Shown: positions 49,521-60,553, numbered from the stretch's first letter. The stretch is 64,000 nt of DNA from Thermoproteota archaeon (GCA_020832905.1 JAJHRG010000001.1:564940-628939), one strand, 5' to 3'. Translations and numbers: made by a program. The notes: generated by a model from the letters alone, not told the origin.

Positions 49521-50372
49521 ATGGAAGATGAACATATAATAGAAGCTTTAGGAAAAACAAGAATTATCATAAGAAATGGAAAAATAGTAGAAATTGGAGA
49601 ACCAATGATAAGATCATGTCCATTAGCAAAAAGATTTTTAAAACCAGTAATAAATTTTACAAAAGATGAAATTAGAGATAATATAGAATTTCGTATTAAA
49701 GAATTTGGAATGTGTACTAAGAATAGAAAAGTAATTCTTAAGGAAGATTTTGTTCCATTTGGTTCTTCTGAATTAATAAGCTTTGGAATTAGAAATTCAT
49801 TAATTGATAGTGCTGTAATAGTATGTGATGGAGCTGGTACAGTTATTACAAATAATCCATGGCTTGTACAGGGAATAGGTGGAAGAATGTCAGGATTAAT
49901 AAAAACAAGTCCAATAAAAGAAGTTATTGAAAGAATAGAAAGAGAAGATGGTATTGTATTAGATAAGGAAAAAGCAATAATTAATCAAATTGCTGGTGTA
50001 GAGTTAGCATATAAAATGGGATTTAAAAATGTAGCAGTTACTGTTATAAATGCAGATGATGCTGAAATTATAAGATCAAAATTTAAAAACACATGGATAT
50101 TTGCAACACATCTTACAGGAATTTCAAAAGAAGAAGCTGAAAGATTAACAAATGTTTGTGATTTTATAACTGCATGTGCATCAAAATGGATTCGTGAAAT
50201 TTCAAGTAAAAAAGCAATAATGCAAGCAGGAATTTCTATACCAGTATTTATAATGAGTAAAAGAGGAAGAGATTTATTATTAGATAAATTAAAAGAATTA
50301 AATCAACAATTTATTGTAAAAATAGGTAATCTTCCATATATTAAAGAAAATCAACCTTATCCTCTTGTATGA
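49521..50372 (+). CDS. Conserved hypothetical protein
   Basis: 283 aa. Gly-rich central block (DGAGTVITNNPWLVQGIGGRMSG). Confidence 0.3.
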   Translation: MEDEHIIEALGKTRIIIRNGKIVEIGEPMIRSCPLAKRFLKPVINFTKDEIRDNIEFRIKEFGMCTKNRKVILKEDFVPFGSSELISFGIRNSLIDSAVIVCDGAGTVITNNPWLVQGIGGRMSGLIKTSPIKEVIERIEREDGIVLDKEKAIINQIAGVELAYKMGFKNVAVTVINADDAEIIRSKFKNTWIFATHLTGISKEEAERLTNVCDFITACASKWIREISSKKAIMQAGISIPVFIMSKRGRDLLLDKLKELNQQFIVKIGNLPYIKENQPYPLV

Positions 50373-51130
50373 TTAATTAATATCCATTCATTTTTTATTT
50401 TTTTAATTTTACCTTCTTTTTTTAATTCTCTTAAAATAGGAATTATAATACTTTTATCTACTTTTATTATATTTGCAATTTCTGAAGAAGTTAATGATTT
50501 ATTTTCTAATATACTTAAAATAATATTTTTTAAATATTTTGATCTTGATGTTTTGGATATATTTTCTCTTAATGAATATATCTTATTTGGAATTCCAAAA
50601 ACTAACTTACCATTATTAAGTCTATAAAGCTTAATTATTTCTCCTTTTAATAATAATTTTCTAATTTGTGATTTTATAGTCTTCTCATTAAATCTTAATT
50701 TTAATTTATCAATAATTTCATTAGTAGTAAGAGCCTCATCTTTAATTATTTCTAGTATTGAATTTCTACATTCTTTTGCTATTATTTTACTCTTTACATT
50801 CTTTTTAGTATTATTATTTATTTCATATATATCTTCACCATTAATTACTTTAATTACTCCATCATCATCTTTTACTATATAAATTGAAAAACTAGTTGCT
50901 AAATCAATAAGTTCTAAATCAATAGGTTTTTTTAAGAATAATATTGTTTTTGCATATAATGTTTTTTGTAAATCTAATAATTTAACAATTTTTTCATAAA
51001 ATTCTTTTTTCTTATTTAATAATTCTATAACAATAGGTGGAGGACCTTCATAATAATAATCTATAATCCACTTTTTTGCTCCTATTATTTCTATTTTTTC
51101 TTTCCATGGAAGAATTTTCAACCATTCCAT
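50357..51130 (-). CDS. Winged-helix DNA-binding protein (two wHTH-like segments)
   Basis: LTTNEIIDKLKL and LTSSEIANIIKV...ILRELKKEGKI resemble HTH recognition regions. Confidence 0.35.
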   Translation of the reverse strand: MEWLKILPWKEKIEIIGAKKWIIDYYYEGPPPIVIELLNKKKEFYEKIVKLLDLQKTLYAKTILFLKKPIDLELIDLATSFSIYIVKDDDGVIKVINGEDIYEINNNTKKNVKSKIIAKECRNSILEIIKDEALTTNEIIDKLKLRFNEKTIKSQIRKLLLKGEIIKLYRLNNGKLVFGIPNKIYSLRENISKTSRSKYLKNIILSILENKSLTSSEIANIIKVDKSIIIPILRELKKEGKIKKIKNEWILINHTRG

Positions 51131-51193
51131 AGAATATTATAAGATCTTAAAATAAAAAAGTTTATTAATTGGATGGATAATCTATCCGTATAG

Positions 51194-51763
51194 ATGACAT
51201 ATTTAGAAAGATTATTACCAACATCAAGAAGAATTGCATACATAGGAATACTTACTTCTCTAGCTATTCTTCTAAGAGTAATAAAACATATGATAATAGG
51301 ACCAATACAATTTATAAATTTTCCAGCAGCTTTTACAATTATAGGTAGTTGTTTACTTGGTCCTATAACTGGTCTTATTATTGGATTTTCATCTTATTTT
51401 ATTTCAGATATAATGATAGGATTACCTGGATTATGGACATTTACAAATGGTTTTCTCATGGGATTTTTTGGTATAATCAATGGATTAATATGGGGAAGAA
51501 ATAAAAATTATAATAAAATTGGAATTGCAATTAGTAGTTACATAATTTTATTTTCATTTGATATCTTAAGCTCATGGATATTATATATTTTAATGGGATT
51601 TGATTGGATTTATGCATTAATAATAAGTATTATTGGATTATTTTTACCAGTTGCTGGTGGATTTTTATATGCAATTGGTCCAATAACAGAATTCATTACT
51701 ATTTTATTAATTATTTCAATAATTCATATAATTAGAAAAAATAATATTTTTAGAATTTTGTAA
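51194..51763 (+). CDS. Small polytopic membrane protein (ECF-transporter S-component-like, tentative)
   Basis: 189 aa, about 6 TM segments. Confidence 0.3.
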   Translation: MTYLERLLPTSRRIAYIGILTSLAILLRVIKHMIIGPIQFINFPAAFTIIGSCLLGPITGLIIGFSSYFISDIMIGLPGLWTFTNGFLMGFFGIINGLIWGRNKNYNKIGIAISSYIILFSFDILSSWILYILMGFDWIYALIISIIGLFLPVAGGFLYAIGPITEFITILLIISIIHIIRKNNIFRIL

Positions 51764-52199
51764 GCTCCCATTTTATTATTTCATTATTTTTCAAAATGTA
51801 TTGATCTGAACCAATAGGACCAAATTCCCAAGTATTATTAGCATATCTATACCAAATCCAATACTTTCCTTCTTTAGGATTTTCAGATACTCCATTTATT
51901 GATGTTATGTATATACCAAATGGATATACTTTATATTCAATTTTACATAATTTTACTGTTGCATTAAATAAAGACCATCCATTAGGAATATATGTATTAT
52001 TATACCAAATAATTGTTCCATTGCCATAGCTTATAGCAATATTAACTTTAATAGCAACATCAGAAATAATTGATTGAAGATTTTCTATTGTAGTTTGTTG
52101 TTTTTGTGATATTTGATAGTAATTAACAAAACCTGTTGTTGCTATAATTGCCCATATTAAAAATATAATAGATGTAATAGCCCATAGATTTATCTTCAT
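51750..52199 (-). CDS. Secreted DUF4430-like protein (tentative)
   Basis: Signal anchor. C-terminal GKYWIWYRYANNTWEFG...YILKNNEIIKWEL resembles the DUF4430 Trp-rich beta domain. Confidence 0.35.
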   Translation of the reverse strand: MKINLWAITSIIFLIWAIIATTGFVNYYQISQKQQTTIENLQSIISDVAIKVNIAISYGNGTIIWYNNTYIPNGWSLFNATVKLCKIEYKVYPFGIYITSINGVSENPKEGKYWIWYRYANNTWEFGPIGSDQYILKNNEIIKWELTKF

Positions 52200-52271
52200 A
52201 ATATCCCCATTTGGATAGTTAATCCATCCTAATATTTAAATTTTTTATATATGTTATTTTTATTTTAAACT

Positions 52272-53447
52272 ATGAATAAAATAATAGTCATACCATTAGC
52301 TTCAAAAATTCATAGTAATTATGAAAATATTTTTAAGATATTTAAAGAAAAACTTGAAAATTATAATATTTTAGATATTATTGATTCTGAAGATAAATTA
52401 AATGATAAAATTGAAATAATAAAAAATTCTTTTCCAATATTTTTAATTCTTACAGGAGGAACAAGTCCATTAGCTTCTATAATAATAAATAAATGTAATA
52501 TTAAAAAAGGATTAATATTAGCACATTCAAAAAATAATAGCTTAGCATCAGCAATTTCAATAAGAAATAAAATTAATTCAAGAATTTATCTTCTTGATAA
52601 TGAAATTAATAAAGCAATTAAAATTATTAAAGCATTAAGTAAATTAATTAATATTAAAATAGGAATAATAAGTGAAAATTTACCTAACGATGTAAATAAA
52701 ATTAAGGAATTATTAGATTGTAATATTGAATTAATTAATTATAATGAAATTAAAATTGAAGAAAAACTTGATTATAATTTAATAAAAAATATTGATATAG
52801 AAAATACTAATGAAGATTTACTTAAAAAAGCTATTGGTATATATAATTCAATTAAAAAAATAGTAGAAGAAAGAAAAATTAATGCTTTAGCAATTGATTG
52901 TTTTCCATTTTTAATTAAATATAAAATAACTCCATGTTTAGCAGTATCTTTACTTAATGATGAGGGTATTATTACTGCATGTGAAGCAGATTTAAGATCT
53001 TTATTCTTAATGCTTATTATAAATTCATTATATAATATTCCTTCATGGATTGCAAATATTGCATTAGTAAAAGAAAATAAAGTTATATTTTCACATTGTA
53101 CTATTGCTACAAAATTGGTAGAAAAATGTAAATTAGTTAATCACTATGAATCTAATTATCCATATTCACTTTCATGTAAATTAAAAAGTGGATTTTATTC
53201 AATATTATCAATAGATAGAAATTTTGAAAAAATTGCAATAATAAAAGCAAATCTTTTAGAAAGTGGAATGATTAGAAATGATATGTGTAGAACTCAAGCA
53301 CTTTTTGAAATAAATTTAAAAGATTTTCATAATATTGCTTTAAGTAATCATCATGTATTAGTTCCTTTTGATATTGAAGATGATTTAAAGGAATTAGCAA
53401 GTATACTTGGAATTAAGCTATTAAATTATGAAAGATTAGTACATTAG
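52272..53447 (+). CDS. Hypothetical protein
   Basis: 391-aa Asn/Ile-rich ORF. Confidence 0.3.
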   Translation: MNKIIVIPLASKIHSNYENIFKIFKEKLENYNILDIIDSEDKLNDKIEIIKNSFPIFLILTGGTSPLASIIINKCNIKKGLILAHSKNNSLASAISIRNKINSRIYLLDNEINKAIKIIKALSKLINIKIGIISENLPNDVNKIKELLDCNIELINYNEIKIEEKLDYNLIKNIDIENTNEDLLKKAIGIYNSIKKIVEERKINALAIDCFPFLIKYKITPCLAVSLLNDEGIITACEADLRSLFLMLIINSLYNIPSWIANIALVKENKVIFSHCTIATKLVEKCKLVNHYESNYPYSLSCKLKSGFYSILSIDRNFEKIAIIKANLLESGMIRNDMCRTQALFEINLKDFHNIALSNHHVLVPFDIEDDLKELASILGIKLLNYERLVH

Positions 53448-53710
53448 CTCACTTTTTCTCTTCTGATGGAATATATTCAATTTTTCCAGTTATTCCTATA
53501 CTACCTATTTCTGTACCACCAATTACTATTTTTAAATTTGTTTCAATATTCCATATTCTTTTTTTAGATAGTAAAATCTCAATAAGATCAATAAGAGTCT
53601 TTTGCATCATAATTAAATATTCTATAGCATAGAATTTAAGAATTTTTATAGAATAAAATAAATGTTCATTGTCCATTTTGTCTACTGTAATTAACAAAAT
53701 TTAAATATTT

Positions 53711-55225
53711 TTGTCTGTTAAAATTAACAATATGGTTGAAATTTTAAAAATTATAGAGCAAAATCCATGGTGGAAGGGAAAAGAATTTCCATTTTGGAAA
53801 TATGATGAACAATTAAATAATTATGAAAATGCTAAATTTAAAATTAAAAGAAATTTTATTTCTTCTCAATGTAATAATATATATTCTATTTCAGGTCCTA
53901 GACAATCTGGTAAAACCACATGGATGAAATTAATGATTCTTAATATTTTAAAATCAAAAGAAGTTAATCCTTCTAGTATTTGTTATTTTTCATGTGATAC
54001 TCTTCTTTCAAGATCAAGAAAAGAATTGAGAAAAGTAATAGATTATTTCTTAGAAAAATTAGAAAAATTTAATGAAGGTTATATATTTTTAGATGAAATA
54101 AGTTATGTTCATGATTGGGCTTTTGAAATAAAAAATCTTGTAGATATGGGAAAAATTAGTAAAATTCATTTCTTTATTTCAGGATCACCTTTAGGTATAA
54201 GAGAAATAGAATTTCTTCCAGGTAGACATATAGAAGGCAATAGATATTTCTTAAAACCACTTAGCTTTAGAGAATTTATTTTAAATTTAGATGAAAACTC
54301 TATTCCTTTATTAACTAAAAATGAAAAAATTAAAGGAGGAATGATGATTTTAAAGAAAAAATTAAGAGAGAATTATTTAACATTAGAAGAATCTTTTGAG
54401 TTAATAAAAGAAAAACTTGAATTAATTCTACCATTTAAAGATGTATTAGATTTTTTATTAGGCTTCTATTTAAGAACTGGAGGATTTCCAAATTCAATAG
54501 AAAATTATCTTAGAGAGGGAGTAATAGATAAGAGAAATTATGAAACAATAGTTAATATTATTTTAAGTGATATTTCTAAGCGTAATAAATCAGAAGATAT
54601 AGCAAAGCAAATTTTTTATGCAATAATAAAAAGAATGGGATCATCTTATGATTTTAGAGCATTAACAAAAGATACTGAAGAAGGAATTAATGTTAATACA
54701 ATTATAGATTATTTAAAGATATTTGAAGATTCTTTTTTAATAAAAATTCTTTATTCTTATGATTTTGAGAAAAAACAAAAAAGACCAAAAGGAAATAAAA
54801 AAATTTACTTTACAGATCCATTTTTATTTTATTCAATATTAAGTTGGATAGAAGGAAAAAATGGTTTTGAAGTTACAGAAAATATATTATCTCAAGAAGA
54901 AAAAATCTCTATAATTTTAGAGTCTATTGTATTTTCTTCATTAGAAAGAATAAAAGAAATTCCTTTAATAAGAGATAGCTCAACTTTTCTTTGGTTTTAC
55001 TATGATAAGAGAAGAGAAATTGATTTTATCTTTAAGAGAGAAGATGGAAATTATTTAGGAATTGAAGTAAAATATAAGCCTGAAGTTTCTAAAAGAATAG
55101 AAATTAATAAAGTAAAAAATTATATTATTCTCAGTAAGGATACTTTTGAATTAGAAGATAGAATTGTAATTGTTCCTATTAGTATATTTCTTGCTCTTAT
55201 AAAGAGTTCTGATTTTCATTTATAA
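53711..55225 (+). CDS. AAA+ superfamily ATPase, COG1373/DUF4143-type
   Basis: P-loop GPRQSGKTT, Walker B FLDEI. 504 aa. Confidence 0.65.
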   Translation: MSVKINNMVEILKIIEQNPWWKGKEFPFWKYDEQLNNYENAKFKIKRNFISSQCNNIYSISGPRQSGKTTWMKLMILNILKSKEVNPSSICYFSCDTLLSRSRKELRKVIDYFLEKLEKFNEGYIFLDEISYVHDWAFEIKNLVDMGKISKIHFFISGSPLGIREIEFLPGRHIEGNRYFLKPLSFREFILNLDENSIPLLTKNEKIKGGMMILKKKLRENYLTLEESFELIKEKLELILPFKDVLDFLLGFYLRTGGFPNSIENYLREGVIDKRNYETIVNIILSDISKRNKSEDIAKQIFYAIIKRMGSSYDFRALTKDTEEGINVNTIIDYLKIFEDSFLIKILYSYDFEKKQKRPKGNKKIYFTDPFLFYSILSWIEGKNGFEVTENILSQEEKISIILESIVFSSLERIKEIPLIRDSSTFLWFYYDKRREIDFIFKREDGNYLGIEVKYKPEVSKRIEINKVKNYIILSKDTFELEDRIVIVPISIFLALIKSSDFHL

Positions 55226-55230
55226 AATAA

Positions 55231-56178
55231 TTATTGAAATTTACTTACAACCTGGCTTATTGTACCATTTACAAATAAAGTATAACTACCATCAGTCACA
55301 TTTATTTTATATAGTGCCATATTAGTAATTGCTCCTGCAGTATCTGACCAATAATTTGAATATGCTTGTAACTCTGAAAGAGCTTCTTTTGATGTTATCA
55401 TATCTTCAGATTTTGTTAGATAATGTCCAGCAGGATCTATTATGCAGAGCTTTCCGCCTTGAACTGGTAAAATTACTGAAAGGTGCTCATCACCTTTTGA
55501 AAATTTAATAAGTGCTATGTATAAGTCATGTTCTGTACCATTAATATACCTCATATAATACTTTATCATAGCATAAGCAAGAATTGCTTGATCATCACAA
55601 TCACCTTGTTTTATCTTTAGTGTTAACTCTGAAGTTTGAACATATTGTTCTATAGTTTTTACTTCATCATAGAATTTTGTTACATATTCTTTTCCATCAT
55701 AAGTAACACTCCAATATGTGGAAATGTATGGCATTTCAATATCATAAGCATATTTAATATTTGTAGTAATATAGTCATAGATTTTCTGTATGGATACCCA
55801 TAGATTCGATGGTACAACTCCTGCATTTATTACTGCATTTGAAGTTTTCTTAATAGCATCTTCATTAAGTACGCGAGGAAATGCTTCTGGAATACCAATA
55901 TATGAATAAATAAGATTTTTAAATTTTAATACATCATTACTTAAATTTCCATAATATTCCTTCATTTGTAGAAGTGTAGAATATTCAGATTTTAATGAAG
56001 TATAGTTCATCATCAGATCGTTATACTTTGTACTTAATTCATTATAATTATTATATAGTGTTTTATAATTATCATAAACGACTTGGTAATTGTTATATAG
56101 AGTTATGTTAAAACTTATTGAGAAAACTATTATAATGAGAAATATTATTGCTATGCTTTTGTATTTACTATATAACAT
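55231..56178 (-). CDS. Membrane-anchored transglutaminase-like (papain-fold) domain protein
   Basis: N-terminal TM segment. QGDCDDQA Cys block with downstream His and Asp. Confidence 0.45.
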   Translation of the reverse strand: MLYSKYKSIAIIFLIIIVFSISFNITLYNNYQVVYDNYKTLYNNYNELSTKYNDLMMNYTSLKSEYSTLLQMKEYYGNLSNDVLKFKNLIYSYIGIPEAFPRVLNEDAIKKTSNAVINAGVVPSNLWVSIQKIYDYITTNIKYAYDIEMPYISTYWSVTYDGKEYVTKFYDEVKTIEQYVQTSELTLKIKQGDCDDQAILAYAMIKYYMRYINGTEHDLYIALIKFSKGDEHLSVILPVQGGKLCIIDPAGHYLTKSEDMITSKEALSELQAYSNYWSDTAGAITNMALYKINVTDGSYTLFVNGTISQVVSKFQ

Positions 56179-56539
56179 TTATATCACCTCGATATTCATT
56201 AAGCATTTATTTTTTAGTATTTTTTACTGAACAATAAATATAATTGAAATAATAGAGCTATGAAAATCATTATAGGTAATAAATTTAACATAAAAAACAT
56301 TAAGCAAATTTGAAATGCCATAATGACTTTAATACTTTTTGGAAAATTCTTCAATTTAGTATTTTTCGAATAGAATTTGCTGTTTAGCTGTTAAATCAAT
56401 CATTCTTTTTGGCATTTATTATACCTCTATTTATCTTATTTTTTATTATGTAGATTTTTTATTATTAGATTAACACATAGCTTATTTTACATTTATTTGT
56501 ATTTCTAAATAATTTTTATAAAAACATATAACTAAAAAA

Positions 56540-56556
56540 AAAAAAAAAACAAATAG
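56540..56556. repeat. A16 homopolymer tract (CTA16CAAATAG) just upstream of the next CDS
   Basis: Read directly from the sequence. The longest homopolymer in the window. Confidence 0.9.
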
Positions 56557-56562
56557 ATTATT

Positions 56563-58632
56563 ATGCAAGATCATAAAATAAAAATTCCCGGCATGATCTA
56601 TATATTCATTTCCTTTATTCCATGGATTATGTATTGGATATTATGTGGGTTTGAAAATATCCTAGGTATTGTTATTCCTTTTTTATTTTCCTTATTCCTA
56701 ATAATCCTTCAAATCTATGAAAGAGAATTCAATTTAATGGATATTATTTCTATGATTTATTTTAGTATTTCTTTAGTAATTACTTTTATTTTTAAGTTAA
56801 ATATATTCATAGAAAAGAGTGGTCTTTTGGGATATTTTGCTTTATTTTTCATGTCATTATTCTCTCTAATTATTAAAAGACCTTATACCCTACAAGTTTC
56901 TAAAAGAGATTATCCAGAAATATATTGGAAAGATGAAAGATTTTTAAAAATCAATAACATAATAACAGAAGTTTGGACTATTATTTTCCTAATAAATGCC
57001 CTTATATTTTTTATTATGAGTAATTATGTTACAATAATTATTTCAAATACTTTAATAGTCTTTGGTATAATCTTTTCAATATTATTTCCTACAAAGGCAC
57101 CTGCATATTTTGTTTCAAAAGAATTTAAAAAATATGACTGGAATGTTAAAATTGATTCTAAAAAAGATTCTAAAAAAGAAAATGAATATGATGTTATAAT
57201 AATTGGATCTGGAATTGGAGGATTAACATGTGGTGCTTTGCTTTCAAAAAGAGGATATAAAGTATTAGTTTTAGAGCAACACTATCAAGTTGGTGGTTAT
57301 TGTTCTTCTTTTAAGAGAAAGGAATTTGTTTTCAATACTGGAGTGGAAGATGTAAGTGGATTATGGGAGAAAGGACCTATTACATATCTTTTGAAAGAAT
57401 TTGGATTAAAAAAAGATGATTTATTTGTTAGAAATACTATGAGATATATTTTTAAAGGTGAGAAAATTGATATTCCTCATGATTTAAATGAATTTATAAA
57501 ATTACTTTCAGAGAGATTTCCAGAGGAAAAAGAAAACATAATTGCTTTTTTCAATGAGGCTAAAAAAGCTTATGAAGAATGTTATAAAGATAGTGAAATT
57601 TATGGCGTTCCTTTACCTGCTGAGCTTATTGTAAAGGTTTTTGGAGCAAAGAAATTATTGAATTATCCTAAAGAACATCCTCATTTTTATGATTGGATGA
57701 ATAAGACCTTTAAGCAAAAACTTGATGAATTTTTTAAAAATGAAGATTTAAAAAGAATTCTTAGTGCTTTATTAGCCTATACTGGAACAGCACCAGATAA
57801 AACCCTTGCAAGTAGTGCGCTTACAGCAAATATTTCTTATTATATTTATGGAGGTTATTCTATAAAAGGAGGAGCACAAAATTTTGCTAATATATTAAAG
57901 AATATTATTGAAAATAATAATGGAAAAGTTTTATTAAATCATAAAGTAGATGAAATATTAGTTGAAAATGGAAAGGTTAAAGGAGTAAAAGTTAAAGATA
58001 AAATTTTCAAGAGCTCTATTATTGTTGCTAATGTAAATGCTAAGACTACATTTTTAGAGCTTATTAAAGAGAAAAATTTGGATAAGAATTTTATTAACTA
58101 TATAAAAAGCTTGAAAATGTCTCCTTCTTGCTTTATGGTATTTTTAGGAGTTGACATGGATTTATCTGAATATCCCATACTCATTAAAAATTTAGATGAT
58201 GGTTATGGAATTATTATTAATTCTAATGCGGATTCAAATCTAGCACCAAGAGGTAAATCAAGTATTACAATAATTACTTTTGCTAATTATTATGATTTTC
58301 CAGAGAGAGAAACAAAAGAATATTTGAAAAAGAAAAAAGAATATGCTGAGGAATTAATTAAAAAAGCTGAGAATATCATTCCTAATTTAAGTAAGCATAT
58401 AATTATTCAAGATGCTGCAACACCAAAAACTTTTGAGAGGTATACATCAATGCCAGAGGGTGCAATTTATGCTTTTGATCAATCAATTGAAACCAAAAGA
58501 CCTTACTTTAAAACACCAATAAAAGGTCTATATTTAGCAAGTGCCTCAACTTTTCCAGGTGGAGGAATAGAAGCAGTTGTAATATCGGGAATTATTTGTG
58601 CAAATGATATTTGTAATTGGAAATTGAAATAA
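56563..58632 (+). CDS. N-terminal polytopic membrane domain fused to FAD-dependent oxidoreductase (phytoene desaturase/CrtI-like)
   Basis: About 200 aa with 5-6 TM segments, followed by DVIIIGSGIGGL...VLEQHYQVGGYCSSF (a GxGxxG FAD fold). Confidence 0.65.
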   Translation: MQDHKIKIPGMIYIFISFIPWIMYWILCGFENILGIVIPFLFSLFLIILQIYEREFNLMDIISMIYFSISLVITFIFKLNIFIEKSGLLGYFALFFMSLFSLIIKRPYTLQVSKRDYPEIYWKDERFLKINNIITEVWTIIFLINALIFFIMSNYVTIIISNTLIVFGIIFSILFPTKAPAYFVSKEFKKYDWNVKIDSKKDSKKENEYDVIIIGSGIGGLTCGALLSKRGYKVLVLEQHYQVGGYCSSFKRKEFVFNTGVEDVSGLWEKGPITYLLKEFGLKKDDLFVRNTMRYIFKGEKIDIPHDLNEFIKLLSERFPEEKENIIAFFNEAKKAYEECYKDSEIYGVPLPAELIVKVFGAKKLLNYPKEHPHFYDWMNKTFKQKLDEFFKNEDLKRILSALLAYTGTAPDKTLASSALTANISYYIYGGYSIKGGAQNFANILKNIIENNNGKVLLNHKVDEILVENGKVKGVKVKDKIFKSSIIVANVNAKTTFLELIKEKNLDKNFINYIKSLKMSPSCFMVFLGVDMDLSEYPILIKNLDDGYGIIINSNADSNLAPRGKSSITIITFANYYDFPERETKEYLKKKKEYAEELIKKAENIIPNLSKHIIIQDAATPKTFERYTSMPEGAIYAFDQSIETKRPYFKTPIKGLYLASASTFPGGGIEAVVISGIICANDICNWKLK

Positions 58633-58703
58633 TTAAAATATTCATTTACTGGGATAGTTATGTTATAAGTGAATGTTGAATGATTTTAAAATTATCTTAA
58701 TTG

Positions 58704-59366
58704 CTACGTGAAGAATACCAAGGAGAAACCTATAGCATCAATAAGCCAGTGAGCCATCATTAAAGGTATTAACTTTCTAGTTTTAACATATATAAAACCT
58801 GTTATGAGTCCAAAGATTAATGTGTATATTATGCCAGGTCCATGATAAAGGCCAAACAGTATTGCTTGAATAATAACTGCTATTACTGAATTATTTGCAA
58901 GTCTTTCAAATCTTGTTAGTAAATATCCCCTCCAGATGAACTCCTCACAAATACCAGCGATTATGGAGCCAATAGTAGCTAAATAGAGTGATGTATGTAG
59001 TGGTAATTTCTTAAGAATATTATTACCATCAAACATTAGTGATGTTACGTAACTTAAGAAGAAGGATATTATTACTAATCCAATAATTATAGATATTGTG
59101 AGTAGTAGTTTATCTTGCACACTACCAACTAATGCTTTAATATTCTCATTCTCATGCTTAAGGAATACATATGTTAAGTAAGTAAATAAAACATCGTAAA
59201 TACTCCATAGATACGGCCCATAAAGGAATACATAGTATGTTGGATTAGTAATGAACTCTTTAAAACCAACTAAAATTATTACAATGGCTGGAGTTAAGAT
59301 AGTATTAAATATTATAGGTAATACACTAAGGATTAAGACATGTGAGCAAATTGATTTCAAATTCAA
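58704..59366 (-). CDS. CPBP-family (CAAX/Abi) intramembrane metalloprotease
   Basis: EEFIWRGYL and FGLYH motifs. Confidence 0.7.
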   Translation of the reverse strand: MNLKSICSHVLILSVLPIIFNTILTPAIVIILVGFKEFITNPTYYVFLYGPYLWSIYDVLFTYLTYVFLKHENENIKALVGSVQDKLLLTISIIIGLVIISFFLSYVTSLMFDGNNILKKLPLHTSLYLATIGSIIAGICEEFIWRGYLLTRFERLANNSVIAVIIQAILFGLYHGPGIIYTLIFGLITGFIYVKTRKLIPLMMAHWLIDAIGFSLVFFT

Positions 59367-59493
59367 CCAAACCTCTAATGATGAGATTTATATAATATAT
59401 AAATTTTATAATTGTGATTAATTTATTTTTCTTATTAATGAAAAAATATTATAAAATAACTATATTATATTAATTATAATTAGGTGAAAAATA

Positions 59494-60126
59494 TTGAGTT
59501 GGAAAGCATTTGATACCTATGCAAAAGAATATGATGTATGGTATAAAGAAAATAAAGAAATTTTAGAATCAGAATGTAAGCTTATTAAATCATTAGATCT
59601 AAAAGGATTTGGTATAGATATTGGTGTAGGAACTGGTATATTTGCACCTTTTTCAAATGTATCAATTGGTATTGATCCTGCAATTAATATGCTTAAAATA
59701 GCAAAAAGTAAGGGAATAGAAGTTATTAGAGCAAGTGGAGAATTTATACCATTTAGAGAAAAAGTATTTGATTTTGCAATAATGATTGCTACTCTTTGCT
59801 TCCTTGAAAGACCAAGAGAAGTTTTAAAAGAAATTCATAGAATTTTAAAAGATAATGGTATTTTTGTAGCATGTATATTACCAAGAAATTCAAAATGGGG
59901 AAAACTTTATGAGAAAAAGAAGTTAGAAGGTCATAGATTATATAAGTTTGCTCATTTCTATACTGTTGAAGAAGCATGCTCTCTTATAAATGAGATGGGA
60001 TTCAAGGTTGTAATGATAAGATCTACTTTACGTCAACCTCCAGGAGCCTTTCTTCATGTAGAAGAACCAGAAGATGGTTTTAAAGATCATGGATTTTCAT
60101 GTATAAAAGCTATTAAATCTAAATGA
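59494..60126 (+). CDS. Class I SAM-dependent methyltransferase
   Basis: Motif I GIDIGVGTG. Confidence 0.7.
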   Translation: MSWKAFDTYAKEYDVWYKENKEILESECKLIKSLDLKGFGIDIGVGTGIFAPFSNVSIGIDPAINMLKIAKSKGIEVIRASGEFIPFREKVFDFAIMIATLCFLERPREVLKEIHRILKDNGIFVACILPRNSKWGKLYEKKKLEGHRLYKFAHFYTVEEACSLINEMGFKVVMIRSTLRQPPGAFLHVEEPEDGFKDHGFSCIKAIKSK

Positions 60127-60172
60127 CAAAATTCTTATTTTTATATTAATTATTAGCTTTTTATTTTTTAAG

Positions 60173-60553
60173 TCATTTTACTTCTACTATTTTCTTCATT
60201 TTTCCTTCTTCTTCAGCTATTTTTAAAGATAACTTCATTTCAAATTCAATGAGCATTTTAACCATTGGATTTTCTAAGTTTATTTTATATAATGTAGCTC
60301 TTCCTATCTTCCTAGATGGGATTACTAAGCCTAAATCGATAAGATCTTTAAAATTTTTATAAAAAGTAACCTTGCTCATACCTAATGCTTCAATTATTTC
60401 TTTCTTTGTAAAATCATTTAATTTATAATCTAGTAAAAAATCTAAAATTCTAAGCTTAGGAGATTTTCCAAAGGCCTTAATTAACATTGAATCATATTCA
60501 TTAGTCATATTCATTATCAATCTATCTCGCTCTATATATACATATATACACAA
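60173..60553 (-). CDS. Winged-helix transcriptional regulator
   Basis: PKLRILDFLL...FTKKEIIEALGMSKVTFYKNFKDLIDLGLV HTH region. Confidence 0.45.
   Translation of the reverse strand: MCIYVYIERDRLIMNMTNEYDSMLIKAFGKSPKLRILDFLLDYKLNDFTKKEIIEALGMSKVTFYKNFKDLIDLGLVIPSRKIGRATLYKINLENPMVKMLIEFEMKLSLKIAEEEGKMKKIVEVK

Noticed and set aside
59789-59977. 62-aa minus-strand ORF in the SAM methyltransferase gene
   Set aside because: Antisense artefact.
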